Shown here: positions 19,177-27,950 of the stretch, one piece after another | Layout: each line of letters begins with the position of its first letter | Numbering within the stretch: position 1 is the stretch's first letter | NCBI GenBank assembly: GCA_045106895.1 | Contig: JBGCFM010000063.1 | Coordinates: 1-49,274, forward strand | Length of the DNA stretch: 49,274 nt | Source: Polyangiales bacterium | Lineage (GTDB): Bacteria; Myxococcota_A; Polyangia; Polyangiales; Houyiibacteriaceae | Direction of reading: 5' to 3' | The notes under the pieces: generated by a model | Told to the model about the DNA's origin: nothing | Seen by the model: the letters and a program-made list of their open reading frames with translations, nothing else | Databases searched by the model: none | Position numbers and translations under genes: made by a program

Positions 19177-19716
19177 ATGGTCAGCCGAGCCACAGCACGA
19201 GCACGTTTTGCTCATTCCGTCCCCGATTCGAGCAGGAGCTTGACCGCGTTCGAGTGGTCGCTGTCAGAAACCCAAGTGTGGACATCCGCCTATGCGGACC
19301 CGAAAGATCCCTGCTCTTGTTTTCGCCGAACCTCGACGAGGCCTCGAATCCTAGAAGCTTCGTATTTCAGTGCTGTCCAATCCGTGATTTGGCGGCGCGC
19401 ATCTGAAGTTCGTTCGCTGACCCCTCGCGCAACGTCGTCAGGGCGACTGCTCGCGTATTTCCCAGACGCGGACCTCGCCGACGGCGCCGCCGAGACCGAA
19501 TCACGCGGCTACTTTGACGTACACAACGCACCTCCTTGGGGAACTTGGGTCGGCATGTTCGAAGATCACGACCGCGAGCCTAGTTTTAGTAGCTACGTCG
19601 TCGCATGGGTCCCGGAGGCATTCGTGGAACTTGCGTCGCTTGGCGTCGATGCCTGTCCGGAAGCGTGTATCCAGTGGCTCAGCGAAAGCGACACCACCCT
19701 CGCCCAGCTTGTGTAG
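19177..19716 (+). CDS. Hypothetical protein
   Basis: Fills the gap between gor and a convergent gene; protein-like C-terminal half GRLLAYFPD..LADGAAE.ESRGYFDVHNAPPWGTWV; start uncertain. Confidence 0.6.
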   Translation: MVSRATARARFAHSVPDSSRSLTAFEWSLSETQVWTSAYADPKDPCSCFRRTSTRPRILEASYFSAVQSVIWRRASEVRSLTPRATSSGRLLAYFPDADLADGAAETESRGYFDVHNAPPWGTWVGMFEDHDREPSFSSYVVAWVPEAFVELASLGVDACPEACIQWLSESDTTLAQLV

Positions 19717-19749
19717 CCAGCTCGCTTGCTCTGTGGGAGCTCTCTTCGT

Positions 19750-20388
19750 TCACAAGGGTGTGTGTTCCGCATCGCCGAAAAAGAGCCGCAGACCGAGGCT
19801 GCCAGAACCGATGAAGTCAGACTGTGCTCCCAAGTCGACGCTCCGATACTCGATGGCCGCGATGGAGGTCGCCAGGGCGAGGTTCAAATCATCGGTGAGT
19901 CGATACTCGAGGCCGACGCGCAGGCCAAGGCCACCGCCGGCGCCGGTCACCCCTCGAACGCGAACCAAGCCAAAGAACTCACCACCAATTTCCAACGCCC
20001 AACGATCGATGCGCGTCACCATGCTGAGGCGAACACCAAGGCGAACCTCCATGTTCGTCGTGCCTCCTGCGAAGAGGCCGTAGAGCCCAACCCGAAACGC
20101 CCGGAGGTCCGCGGAGTAGTCGAGTGTTCCGGTCAGCGCGGGAGTGCTGTCGATATTCTGGACCCCGGCGGCCAATCCGACACTCGAAAGCGCGGCGACG
20201 TCCACCTCGTCATCTTCCTCCACCGCGAAGACATCAACTTCTTCCGGCGAAGGCGACGAAGCCGACCTCGCGCGCGATGAGCCCGGAGTGCGGGCCCCCA
20301 ACACAGCGGAAGCCAGCGCAGCACCATGGCAGCCCGAAAGAGGGAGCACGAATAAGAGTACGGCGCCCGTCCGCATGCGCTGCGTCAT
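19750..20388 (-). CDS. Putative lipoprotein with outer-membrane beta-barrel-like C-terminal region
   Basis: ATG 20388 overlaps the MFS stop (ATGA); lipobox LSGC; alternating beta-strands GLGLRVGLEYRL and GSLGLRLFF. Confidence 0.65.
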   Translation of the reverse strand: MTQRMRTGAVLLFVLPLSGCHGAALASAVLGARTPGSSRARSASSPSPEEVDVFAVEEDDEVDVAALSSVGLAAGVQNIDSTPALTGTLDYSADLRAFRVGLYGLFAGGTTNMEVRLGVRLSMVTRIDRWALEIGGEFFGLVRVRGVTGAGGGLGLRVGLEYRLTDDLNLALATSIAAIEYRSVDLGAQSDFIGSGSLGLRLFFGDAEHTPL

Positions 20389-22205
20389 AAGGCGGGCCCC
20401 GAGGCCTCCCTCAATGCCAGCACCTTCTCGCGAAGCTTGGCAGGAGAGTCGAAGGTAGGCTCCGGCATCCCCATTCGAACGACGACGGGCGAGCGAGAGA
20501 AGCGCGGCAGGTGCGTCATCGGGTACCCGCCGGCGTAGCTGAAGAACCCGCCGTAGAGACCGTCGAGACTCGTCGGAACGATGGGCACCGGGGTGCGCTC
20601 CACGATGCGCTTGATGCCGTCTTTGAAGACGTCGACGTCGCCGTCGTGGGTGCACTTGCCTTCGGGGAAAATCGCGACGACTTCGCCGTTCTTCAGCGCC
20701 GCATCGATGCTCTCGAAGGCCGCCTCAAGGATGTCCGGTCGGTCCCGGTAGCCGGCGATTGGAATCGCCCCGGCGAAGCGGAAGAAGTACTTGAGCAGTG
20801 GCAGGTTTGCCATGCGGTGGTCCATCACGAAGCGCATGGGCCGGTTGAGCATCGCGCCGACGACGAAGGCGTCGACGAAGCTCTGGTGGTTGACGGCGAC
20901 GAGGGCCGCGCCTTCTTCGGGCAGACGCTCCAGACCCGTGGCATCGATTCGGTACATGATTCGGACCGTCTGGCGAATGAGGAGATGCAACACCTCGCGA
21001 AGGTTGATGATGAGAGCGAGGCCGCACATCAGCAGGGCGAAGTGGCCGAGATGGGACACCAAAGCGTTGACGGCGAGACCGCCAGAGAGCATCCACGCGG
21101 CGTAGCCTGCGCCGACGACCATGAACAGAGCGTTGGCAAAGTTGTTCGCGGCGATGACTCGGGCGCGCTCGTCCTCCTCCGCACCTGACTGCATCGCCGC
21201 GTAGAGAGGAACGATGAAGAGGCCGCCGCTGAGTCCCGCCATGAAGAGCGCGACACACGACCAAAGCACGCCTTGTGCCCCGGCGAGTCCGTAGAGGGAG
21301 AGTGCGAGACCAAGCGCGCCTACGCCGGTGATGGCGTCACTCAGGTTCCCGAGCCGCGATGACGCCCTCTCCGCGAGGAACGAGCCCACGCCGATGCCGA
21401 TGCTGAACGTTGTAAGAAAGAGCGCGAGGCCGTTTTCGCCAGCCCCCGCGTCGCGGGCGAGGAGCGGAAGCTGGCCGAGAAGCACCGCACCAACGAGCCA
21501 GAACGCGCTCACGCCGGCGATGCTGCGCCGAAGGCTACGAGTGCGCACGGAACGAACCGTGCTCTTGAGGGCCTGCCAGGGACGAACCGCTTCGCGTAGT
21601 GGACGCGGCGCTGCACTCGGCGCGTCCGGAATCTTCGCCGCGCTACGAGCACCAAAGAGTGCGACGACGACGATGGTGACGCCGACAAACCAAGGCCCGC
21701 CCATCCACGACATTCCGAGCGTTCCGAGGAGCGTTCCGATGACGATGGCGATGAAGGTCGCCGCCTCCACCAAGGCGTTCGCGGCGACGAGGTTCTCCTC
21801 GGCGACGTGCTGCGGGAGGAGCGCGTACTTAACCGGGCCAAAGAACGCCGACTGAACCCCCATGCCGAAGAGCGCGACGAAGAGCACCGGAACGGAGCTC
21901 AGCGCGAAACCCGCCAAGGCGAGGACCATGATGGCGACCTCGATGACCTTGAGGATCCGGGCGAGTCGCGCCTTGTCCATGGAGTCAGCGATCTCTCCAG
22001 CGATGGCGCTGAAGAGAAAGAACGGGACGACGAGAATCGCCGTCGCCAGCTGCACCAACACGTCCAATGGCATCGCGCTTTGGCTCAGGCCGCCGAAGGT
22101 GAGCCCGGCGACGAGGGCGCTCTTGAGCAGGTTGTCGTTGAACGCACCCAGGAGCTGAGTCCAGAAGAGCGGGCCAAACGTTCGGCTTCGAAGCAGTTGC
22201 AGCAT
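20385..22205 (-). CDS. LplT-like MFS transporter fused to a PlsC-type acyltransferase
   Basis: FGPLFWTQLLGAFNDN, QSAFFGPVKYALLPQ, RARVIAANN; acyltransferase motifs NHQSFVD (HX4D) and FPEG. Confidence 0.92.
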   Translation of the reverse strand: MLQLLRSRTFGPLFWTQLLGAFNDNLLKSALVAGLTFGGLSQSAMPLDVLVQLATAILVVPFFLFSAIAGEIADSMDKARLARILKVIEVAIMVLALAGFALSSVPVLFVALFGMGVQSAFFGPVKYALLPQHVAEENLVAANALVEAATFIAIVIGTLLGTLGMSWMGGPWFVGVTIVVVALFGARSAAKIPDAPSAAPRPLREAVRPWQALKSTVRSVRTRSLRRSIAGVSAFWLVGAVLLGQLPLLARDAGAGENGLALFLTTFSIGIGVGSFLAERASSRLGNLSDAITGVGALGLALSLYGLAGAQGVLWSCVALFMAGLSGGLFIVPLYAAMQSGAEEDERARVIAANNFANALFMVVGAGYAAWMLSGGLAVNALVSHLGHFALLMCGLALIINLREVLHLLIRQTVRIMYRIDATGLERLPEEGAALVAVNHQSFVDAFVVGAMLNRPMRFVMDHRMANLPLLKYFFRFAGAIPIAGYRDRPDILEAAFESIDAALKNGEVVAIFPEGKCTHDGDVDVFKDGIKRIVERTPVPIVPTSLDGLYGGFFSYAGGYPMTHLPRFSRSPVVVRMGMPEPTFDSPAKLREKVLALREASGPAL

Positions 22206-22217
22206 GGCTCCATGCAA

Positions 22218-22233
22218 AGCGAAGACCGTGCCT
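22218..22233 (-). promoter_or_regulatory. Sigma54 (-24/-12) promoter for the MFS-acyltransferase operon
   Basis: Minus strand reads AGGCACGGTCTTCGCT (GG-N10-GC); a bEBP gene is adjacent and divergent. Confidence 0.7.
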
Positions 22234-22284
22234 GCGGAGATTTCTAGGCATTATTGGGTCAAAACAGCCTCAGCAGCACATTGG

Positions 22285-22314
22285 ACGTACGCGGCATGTA
22301 CATTCCATGTACAT
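22285..22314. promoter_or_regulatory. Three phased GTAC-core boxes, candidate enhancer/operator
   Basis: ACGTACGC at 22285, ATGTACAT at 22296 and ATGTACAT at 22307; exact 11-bp period. Confidence 0.6.
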
Positions 22315-22321
22315 ATCGGAC

Positions 22322-23755
22322 ATGGCAAAAATGAGCTCCTCTGACCGCGATTTCCTCTCCAAAGTATCCGGCGCGGCCTTCGCCAACCCCTACAGCGACG
22401 CGCGGTGGCAACTCGACGCCGAGCTCACGAAGCTCCCGGCGGACGCTGAGGACATCGTCGAACGCCTCATTCACCGAGTCACGGAGACGTTGGACCGCTG
22501 CCCCCTCGTGAGTGAACTGCACGGCGAAGACGCGGAGCACGTTCGTTACGCCGCGTACTTTGAGGCGTTCCACCTAAGCGCGGATGACTTCGACGACCTC
22601 ATCCGGCGCCAAGCCAAGACAGACAAAGCGCTGCCTTTCCCAAAGCACGCCTCCTTGGTTCGGCTCCTCGCGAAACGCGGCATCCCAACAGGGGAGCACG
22701 CGAGCGCGCTGACACTCTTCTACCAGCTGAGGCGTGCGTACTTTTTTCTCTCGGAGTACCTCGTCGGCGAGTCCGCCCCGATGCGCCAGTTCAAGGAGCG
22801 CCTCTGGTCTCAGCTCTTCGGGCACAACACGCTGCGTTTCTACCGCCATCTCGAGGGCCGAATGCAGGACTTTAGCGTTCTCCTCGTCGGCGACACGGGC
22901 ACCGGCAAGAGCGCGGCGGCGGCGGCGCTTGGACGCTCCGGTCTCATCCCGTGGACCGGCGCGGGCTTCGCCGAGAGCTTCGCGCAGCTCTTCGTCCCGC
23001 TGAACCTGAGCGAGCTGCCTGGCCCGCTCCTTGAGAGTGCGCTTTTTGGCCACATCAAGGGCGCCTTTACCGGCGCCGTCTCCTCACGCCCCGGCGCTCT
23101 GTCTCGTTCGAGCGCCCACGGCGTCGTCTTCCTCGACGAGATCGGAGAGGTCGACGTCCCGGCACAGATCAAGTTGCTTCGGGTTCTCCAGGAACGCGTG
23201 TTCACGCCACTTGGGGCGAACGCGGAAGAACGTTTCGAAGGACGCGTCATCGCCGCCACCCATCAACCCATCGATGAGCTACGCCGCTCCTCGCGTCTGC
23301 GAAACGACTTCTATTACCGCCTGTGCTCGGATGTGGTGAACGTCCCTCCTCTGTGCGATCGACTTCGCGCCGATGGCGGAGAGATGGAGCGCCTCGCCAA
23401 GAGCATTCTGGAGCGCACCGTGGGCGACGGCGCTGCAAGTCTCATCGATGAGGTGCTCAGCGCCATCGCACGCGACATCCCCGCTGGATACGAGTGGCCT
23501 GGAAACGTTCGAGAAGTTCAGCAGTGTATCCGCCGGGTCTTATTGACGGGCCGCTGTGCCGTGGATCCGATCTACCAGAGCGAAAGCCCGGACTTCTGGA
23601 CTGGGGCAAAGCGTCTCGACCTCGACCTCGACACCCTCACCCGGGAGTACACGAACGCGGTCTACCAGCAAGAGAAGAGCTACGAGGGCGCGGCTCGACT
23701 CTTGGGGATCGACCGAAGAACCGTCAAGAAACACGTCGACTCCGTACTTGACTAA
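22322..23755 (+). CDS. Sigma54-dependent enhancer-binding protein without a receiver domain
   Basis: Walker A GDTGTGKS, ESALFGHIKGAFTGA, FLDEIGE, KLLRVLQE, WPGNVRE and a C-terminal HTH (AARLLGIDRRTV). The N-terminal ~170 aa are unrecognised. Start lies between 22307 and 22331. Confidence 0.93.
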   Translation: MAKMSSSDRDFLSKVSGAAFANPYSDARWQLDAELTKLPADAEDIVERLIHRVTETLDRCPLVSELHGEDAEHVRYAAYFEAFHLSADDFDDLIRRQAKTDKALPFPKHASLVRLLAKRGIPTGEHASALTLFYQLRRAYFFLSEYLVGESAPMRQFKERLWSQLFGHNTLRFYRHLEGRMQDFSVLLVGDTGTGKSAAAAALGRSGLIPWTGAGFAESFAQLFVPLNLSELPGPLLESALFGHIKGAFTGAVSSRPGALSRSSAHGVVFLDEIGEVDVPAQIKLLRVLQERVFTPLGANAEERFEGRVIAATHQPIDELRRSSRLRNDFYYRLCSDVVNVPPLCDRLRADGGEMERLAKSILERTVGDGAASLIDEVLSAIARDIPAGYEWPGNVREVQQCIRRVLLTGRCAVDPIYQSESPDFWTGAKRLDLDLDTLTREYTNAVYQQEKSYEGAARLLGIDRRTVKKHVDSVLD

Positions 23756-23817
23756 AACAGTGCAAATAAAACAGCGCAGCGGATGCCCATAACAAGGCAT
23801 TTGTCGCCCCCCATTGC

Positions 23818-23844
23818 TTAAGTCGACCAACTGCATCAAGTTAA
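23818..23844. promoter_or_regulatory. Putative Rrf2-family (IscR/CymR-like) operator upstream of cysH
   Basis: Imperfect palindrome TTAAGTCGACCAACTGCATCAAGTTAA in an AT-rich patch ending 4 nt before ATG. Confidence 0.55.
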
Positions 23845-23848
23845 GGGC

Positions 23849-24601
23849 ATGCAAGCCGCCGCAACGTCCATCGACCTCTCGGAGGCCGAAGTCCATGACG
23901 AAGCGTTGCGGGACGCGAGCGCGGAGGAGGTCGTCGAGTGGGCCGCAGGGCACTTCTCCGAAGGTCTCGTCATGAGCTCCAGCTTCGGCGCTCACTCCGC
24001 CGTGATGCTCCACCTCGTCAGTCGAATCGCTCCGCAGACCCCTGTGATCTTCGTCGACACGGGCTACCTCTTCCCGGAGACCTACCGCTTCGCCGAAACC
24101 CTACGCGCGCGCTTCAAGCTCAACCTCCACGTGACAACTCCCCTCATGAGCGCCGCGCGGCGCGAAGCGCTCTTCGGGGAAGAATGGGAGCAGGGAGACG
24201 AAGGCGTCACCGAGTACCTTCGGGTGCACAAAGTCGAGCCGATGCAGCGCGCACTCGATGAACTAAACGCCGTCGCCTGGATGGCGGGGCTCCGCGGTGG
24301 CCAGAGCGAACATCGTGCTTCGCTACCTCGCGTCGGAGTCCAGAACGGACGCATCAAGATTCACCCCATCCTTCCGTGGGGCGACGACGAGGTGACGCGC
24401 TACATGAGCGAGCACTCGCTGCCGCTTCACCCCCTCGTTGCGGAAGGCTACCGCTCCATCGGGGACGTGCACTCCACGTTGCCCACGAGCGATGATATGG
24501 ATCCGCGGGACGGCCGTATCCTGGGTAAGAAGAAGGAATGCGGTCTCCATCTGCCGCTCAGCGAGGACGTCAGCCGAAGCCTCAAGTCTTCGGGGCTCTA
24601 G
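23849..24601 (+). CDS. cysH: Phosphoadenosine phosphosulfate (PAPS) reductase
   Basis: SSSFG, DTGYLFPETY, KVEP, GYRSIGD and ECGLH. It lacks the CC and CXXC Fe-S ligands of APS reductases. Confidence 0.93.
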   Translation: MQAAATSIDLSEAEVHDEALRDASAEEVVEWAAGHFSEGLVMSSSFGAHSAVMLHLVSRIAPQTPVIFVDTGYLFPETYRFAETLRARFKLNLHVTTPLMSAARREALFGEEWEQGDEGVTEYLRVHKVEPMQRALDELNAVAWMAGLRGGQSEHRASLPRVGVQNGRIKIHPILPWGDDEVTRYMSEHSLPLHPLVAEGYRSIGDVHSTLPTSDDMDPRDGRILGKKKECGLHLPLSEDVSRSLKSSGL

Positions 24602-24705
24602 AGCGCACGCGCCCTAGAGCGGTGCTCACATTGCCGGCACACGCTGGACTTCTGCAGGACGATGCGGTCTTCTAGAAGCAGTCCGGAGCGACCTCCTCAT
24701 TCATC

Positions 24706-25140
24706 ATGCAACGAATCTCGCTAACAGAAGACGGCGACCGAGTTTACGTCGAACTCCGCGGCCCGCTTGATGAGAGCTGCGCCGTCGAGCTCTACGAGCT
24801 GCTTGAGTCCTGGCTGAAGCAAGCCCGGCACCCAAGAATCACCATCGACCTGGACGCCATCGGAGCATCGACGCTCTTGGGTCGAGCGAAGCTCATCGAG
24901 ATGCAAGAGCTCATCAAAGAGGCCGGCGGCCGAACCGCCTGGGTGAGCGGCCGACCTCGCTTTCGGGGACTCGCCCTGGTTGTCTGTCACGCCGCCGGCG
25001 ATTCCGGCGCGAAGGTGGTGAGCAAAGCCCAGCAAGCCCCGGCTTGGCTTGATGGCGAAGGTCAGCGAATCGAGGACGCCCCGCTCCCCGTCGACCGGTC
25101 CATGGCGCTCGTGCGAGCACGACGGAAGGGAGAGTCGTGA
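24706..25140 (+). CDS. STAS-like small hypothetical protein
   Basis: VYVELRGPLD...ITIDLDAI...LGRAKL pattern resembles the STAS/anti-sigma-antagonist fold; coupled to the next gene by GTGA. Confidence 0.55.
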   Translation: MQRISLTEDGDRVYVELRGPLDESCAVELYELLESWLKQARHPRITIDLDAIGASTLLGRAKLIEMQELIKEAGGRTAWVSGRPRFRGLALVVCHAAGDSGAKVVSKAQQAPAWLDGEGQRIEDAPLPVDRSMALVRARRKGES

Positions 25141-25775
25141 GCAAGAAGCCTCTTAGTTTTGTGGAGCGAGTCTTTCTCAAGGCCGTCAACCCTGTCTTTG
25201 GCCGCGTGCAAGGATGGCGTCAGGACGCCATCAACGAAGAGTTCGTCCGTACCTACGGCGTCCGCGGCTTCGTCAAGTTTGGAAAAACCATTGGCGACAC
25301 CATCGCGTTTCTCGCGGACAAATATGGCGAAGCCGAAGCGCACCACCTCGTTGGTTTTGCGGGCATGATGAACGGGTGTCGCTGGTGTGGTGTGGGACAT
25401 ACGCTCACGGCCAACCTGCTCATTTTCCAAGACGGCGAGGCGCTCTTTCCCATCGACGAGAGAGAGCTACCAGAACTCCAGCTCCTCGACGACGACGCGA
25501 TCCTCGAGGTGTTTCGAGAGCGCCTTCACGCCACGCCTTGGGCGAGCCTTGTTTCGTTGCTCGAACGCATCAAGCAGCTCCGTGGCGGCGAAGAGCGCAC
25601 CGACTCCGACGATGATGTCTACTTGGGACTCGCCCTCGACCTGTGGGACTGGACGAACGAGTGTACCATCGAGACCGGCTTCGACATCAAAGCCGAGGAC
25701 GTCCCGACGCTCGCGCTCCTGAACAGGGATAAGGCGCTCCACGTACGATACCGCGCTGCCCGGGACGCCACATGA
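25137..25775 (+). CDS. Hypothetical protein with an AhpD/CMD-like NGCxxC..H motif
   Basis: HHLVGFAGMMNGCRWCGVGH. Confidence 0.55.
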   Translation: MSKKPLSFVERVFLKAVNPVFGRVQGWRQDAINEEFVRTYGVRGFVKFGKTIGDTIAFLADKYGEAEAHHLVGFAGMMNGCRWCGVGHTLTANLLIFQDGEALFPIDERELPELQLLDDDAILEVFRERLHATPWASLVSLLERIKQLRGGEERTDSDDDVYLGLALDLWDWTNECTIETGFDIKAEDVPTLALLNRDKALHVRYRAARDAT

Positions 25776-25793
25776 GCACTCCACGTCAGCAGG

Positions 25794-27950
25794 CTACTCT
25801 CGGAACGGGGTGAGGTTCAGGCCACCGGCGTACGCGTAACTCACGAAGGAATCGAAGCCGTACACGACCACTCCCACCGGTTCCGTGGCGACGAGGGTAT
25901 GAACCCCATCGTTCTGCTCACCGTCGAGGACGCCACCTTCGCAGCCCTCTTCTTCTTCAGGGCAGTTTGCAATGTCGGGGAACGAAAGCTGGCACCGATA
26001 GATCACTTCGCGCGGTGGGGGGTCACCCGGCAGCCGCACAATGCCGTCAGCAGGGGAAGTCGTGCAGCGACGCGGGTCAGGCGGCTCTCCGTCTAGAAGC
26101 AGGTTCGCGCTCGCGTCCGCCGTGATGATGACGAAGTCGAAGGCGTAGCGGTTTGGCGTGAGGAACACGTAGTCCCGGCGGTACTGCTCCCGTGGCGGGA
26201 CTGTGACGATGGCCGGGTCACCGCCGGGGTATTGCCGAGGAATGCCCAGAGCGTTCTGGCTTGGCAACACCTGCAGAACCGCAAGAGGCCGACCGCCTAG
26301 CGCGGTCATGGTGAAGTCTTGGTCCGCACGTAGAATGATGGACTCGCCCAGCTGCAGGGTGAAGCGGTCATCCGGCGGCGGGAGCGTCGTTGTGACCGTC
26401 GTCTCGCCAAGCGAAATCGCCTGAACGCGTACCCACTCCGGCTCGTTGACCTCGGCTACGCTGTCACGGATGGGGTCTCGGAAGGCGTTGTTGAGGGCCA
26501 CCGTCCGGGGCGGCATTCGCGCGATGATGAAACGAGATCCCAGGGTCGAATTCGCAAAGAGCTGGTCTTCGAGGTGGTCCGCACAACACTGACGCGTGGC
26601 GTAGGTGTCAAAACGCGGCGCGTCGGAGGCCTCACCGCCAATGAACACGGACACCTCTTGGGAGGCGCTCACTTGTGTTCCCGTAAAGTCGTTGTTGAGC
26701 CCGTCCGTCTCGAGGTTGAGCACATCGAACTCGCCGAGGGTCACGGTGTACTCATCGCCGGAGAACATCAGCGAATCACTCCCCGGTCGCCACACGCGAC
26801 CCGCACGTGTTCCGAGCGTCACGGAAACTTCGGTATTCTCGCCGGTGCCAACCACCGTCAAGAACGCGCGCAAGTCTTCGTCATCGACGCGCGTGTTGAA
26901 GTCGATGTCGGCGCACGCTGGGTCCAGGGGGTCACAGTCCGCGTCCGCAATCGTCTGCGGCCACCCGACCACTGTGTAGTTCCGGCCCACCGCTGTGCTC
27001 GGCAAGAGAAGCGACGCGTCGTTGGAGAAGACGTTCACGTTGTCGAGGGGGTTGAACTGATAGGCGATGATGGGGAGCGTTGAACGTACCCGGTACGCCT
27101 GCGAGGAGAGCGCGGAATGAGTCCCGTCGTTGCGCCCGGTTGAGTCCTCGGACACGCGGCAGAAACAGGGAGGTCGCCCTCCACCGCACACACAGACCTC
27201 GCTGCCCGGGCAAAGAAGCTCTTCGTCACACTCCTGATTGGAGCTGGAGCCGTCGACTTCGCGTCTCGGCAAGTTGAACGTCCAGAGGTCGCCCGGAAGA
27301 AGAGTCTCACGGTCGATTTCGCGGACCGTGGGCTCATCTTCAAAGCTTGAGTCGTTGACTTCCACCCACACTTCGGTGGCGAGATTGGAAGGGTTGCTCA
27401 CGACGATGGCGTACTGCTGGGATGACGCGTCGTCGCCGGACGCGAGAGCCGCGTTGTCGAGGTCCACGCCATAAAACTCGCAGCCCTCGTAGCTCCGGTC
27501 TTGAGCCGCCGCCTCGCAAAGGGTCACGCACGCGCCGGCACGGCAGACGTTGCCCTCACTCGGCAGACACGACTCTTGGACCTCGAACCCGTCACCTTCG
27601 GCGTTGCAGATGATGACGTCCTGGTCACGGCAGCTGATCTCGTTGGGCACGCAGAGTCGACAGCCGAGGCCAGCCACACAGAGCTGGGTCGGGTCGTTCG
27701 TCGCGCAGTCTTCCGTCTCACGACGAAGAAACTCTCCATCGGGGACGCACGTAAGATGCTCGGTGCCGCGACAGAGCTGGGAGTCGATGTTGATGCACCG
27801 AAAGAAGCTTGCGTCTTCGGCTGGCCCCCCATCTTCGTTCGGCCGAACCGGGCCGTCGTCGTCGCCGCATGCGGCGGTGAACAGGAAGGCGCAGCACAAC
27901 GCACTGAGCGTTAGAAAGCGGCGCAAGGGGCGAGGCTGATTCTGGTTCAT
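25794..27950 (-). CDS. Cys-rich lipoprotein with an IgGFc-binding N-terminal-like domain
   Basis: Lipobox TAAC; SYEGCEFYGVDLDN, YAIVVSNP, AYQFNPLDN..FSNDASLLLP, CCADHLEDQL, VVVYGFDSFVSYAYAGG. ATG overlaps the upstream stop (ATGA). Confidence 0.85.
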   Translation of the reverse strand: MNQNQPRPLRRFLTLSALCCAFLFTAACGDDDGPVRPNEDGGPAEDASFFRCINIDSQLCRGTEHLTCVPDGEFLRRETEDCATNDPTQLCVAGLGCRLCVPNEISCRDQDVIICNAEGDGFEVQESCLPSEGNVCRAGACVTLCEAAAQDRSYEGCEFYGVDLDNAALASGDDASSQQYAIVVSNPSNLATEVWVEVNDSSFEDEPTVREIDRETLLPGDLWTFNLPRREVDGSSSNQECDEELLCPGSEVCVCGGGRPPCFCRVSEDSTGRNDGTHSALSSQAYRVRSTLPIIAYQFNPLDNVNVFSNDASLLLPSTAVGRNYTVVGWPQTIADADCDPLDPACADIDFNTRVDDEDLRAFLTVVGTGENTEVSVTLGTRAGRVWRPGSDSLMFSGDEYTVTLGEFDVLNLETDGLNNDFTGTQVSASQEVSVFIGGEASDAPRFDTYATRQCCADHLEDQLFANSTLGSRFIIARMPPRTVALNNAFRDPIRDSVAEVNEPEWVRVQAISLGETTVTTTLPPPDDRFTLQLGESIILRADQDFTMTALGGRPLAVLQVLPSQNALGIPRQYPGGDPAIVTVPPREQYRRDYVFLTPNRYAFDFVIITADASANLLLDGEPPDPRRCTTSPADGIVRLPGDPPPREVIYRCQLSFPDIANCPEEEEGCEGGVLDGEQNDGVHTLVATEPVGVVVYGFDSFVSYAYAGGLNLTPFRE

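Noticed and set aside
16863..19193. 776-aa SDR 'fusion' ORF
   Set aside because: The N-terminal ~500 aa are the antisense of gor; the SDR begins at 17687.
24601..24705. Imperfect hairpin and CTAGAGCG direct repeat between cysH and the STAS-like gene
   Set aside because: Short, mismatched and without a T-tract; not distinguishable from chance in GC-rich DNA.
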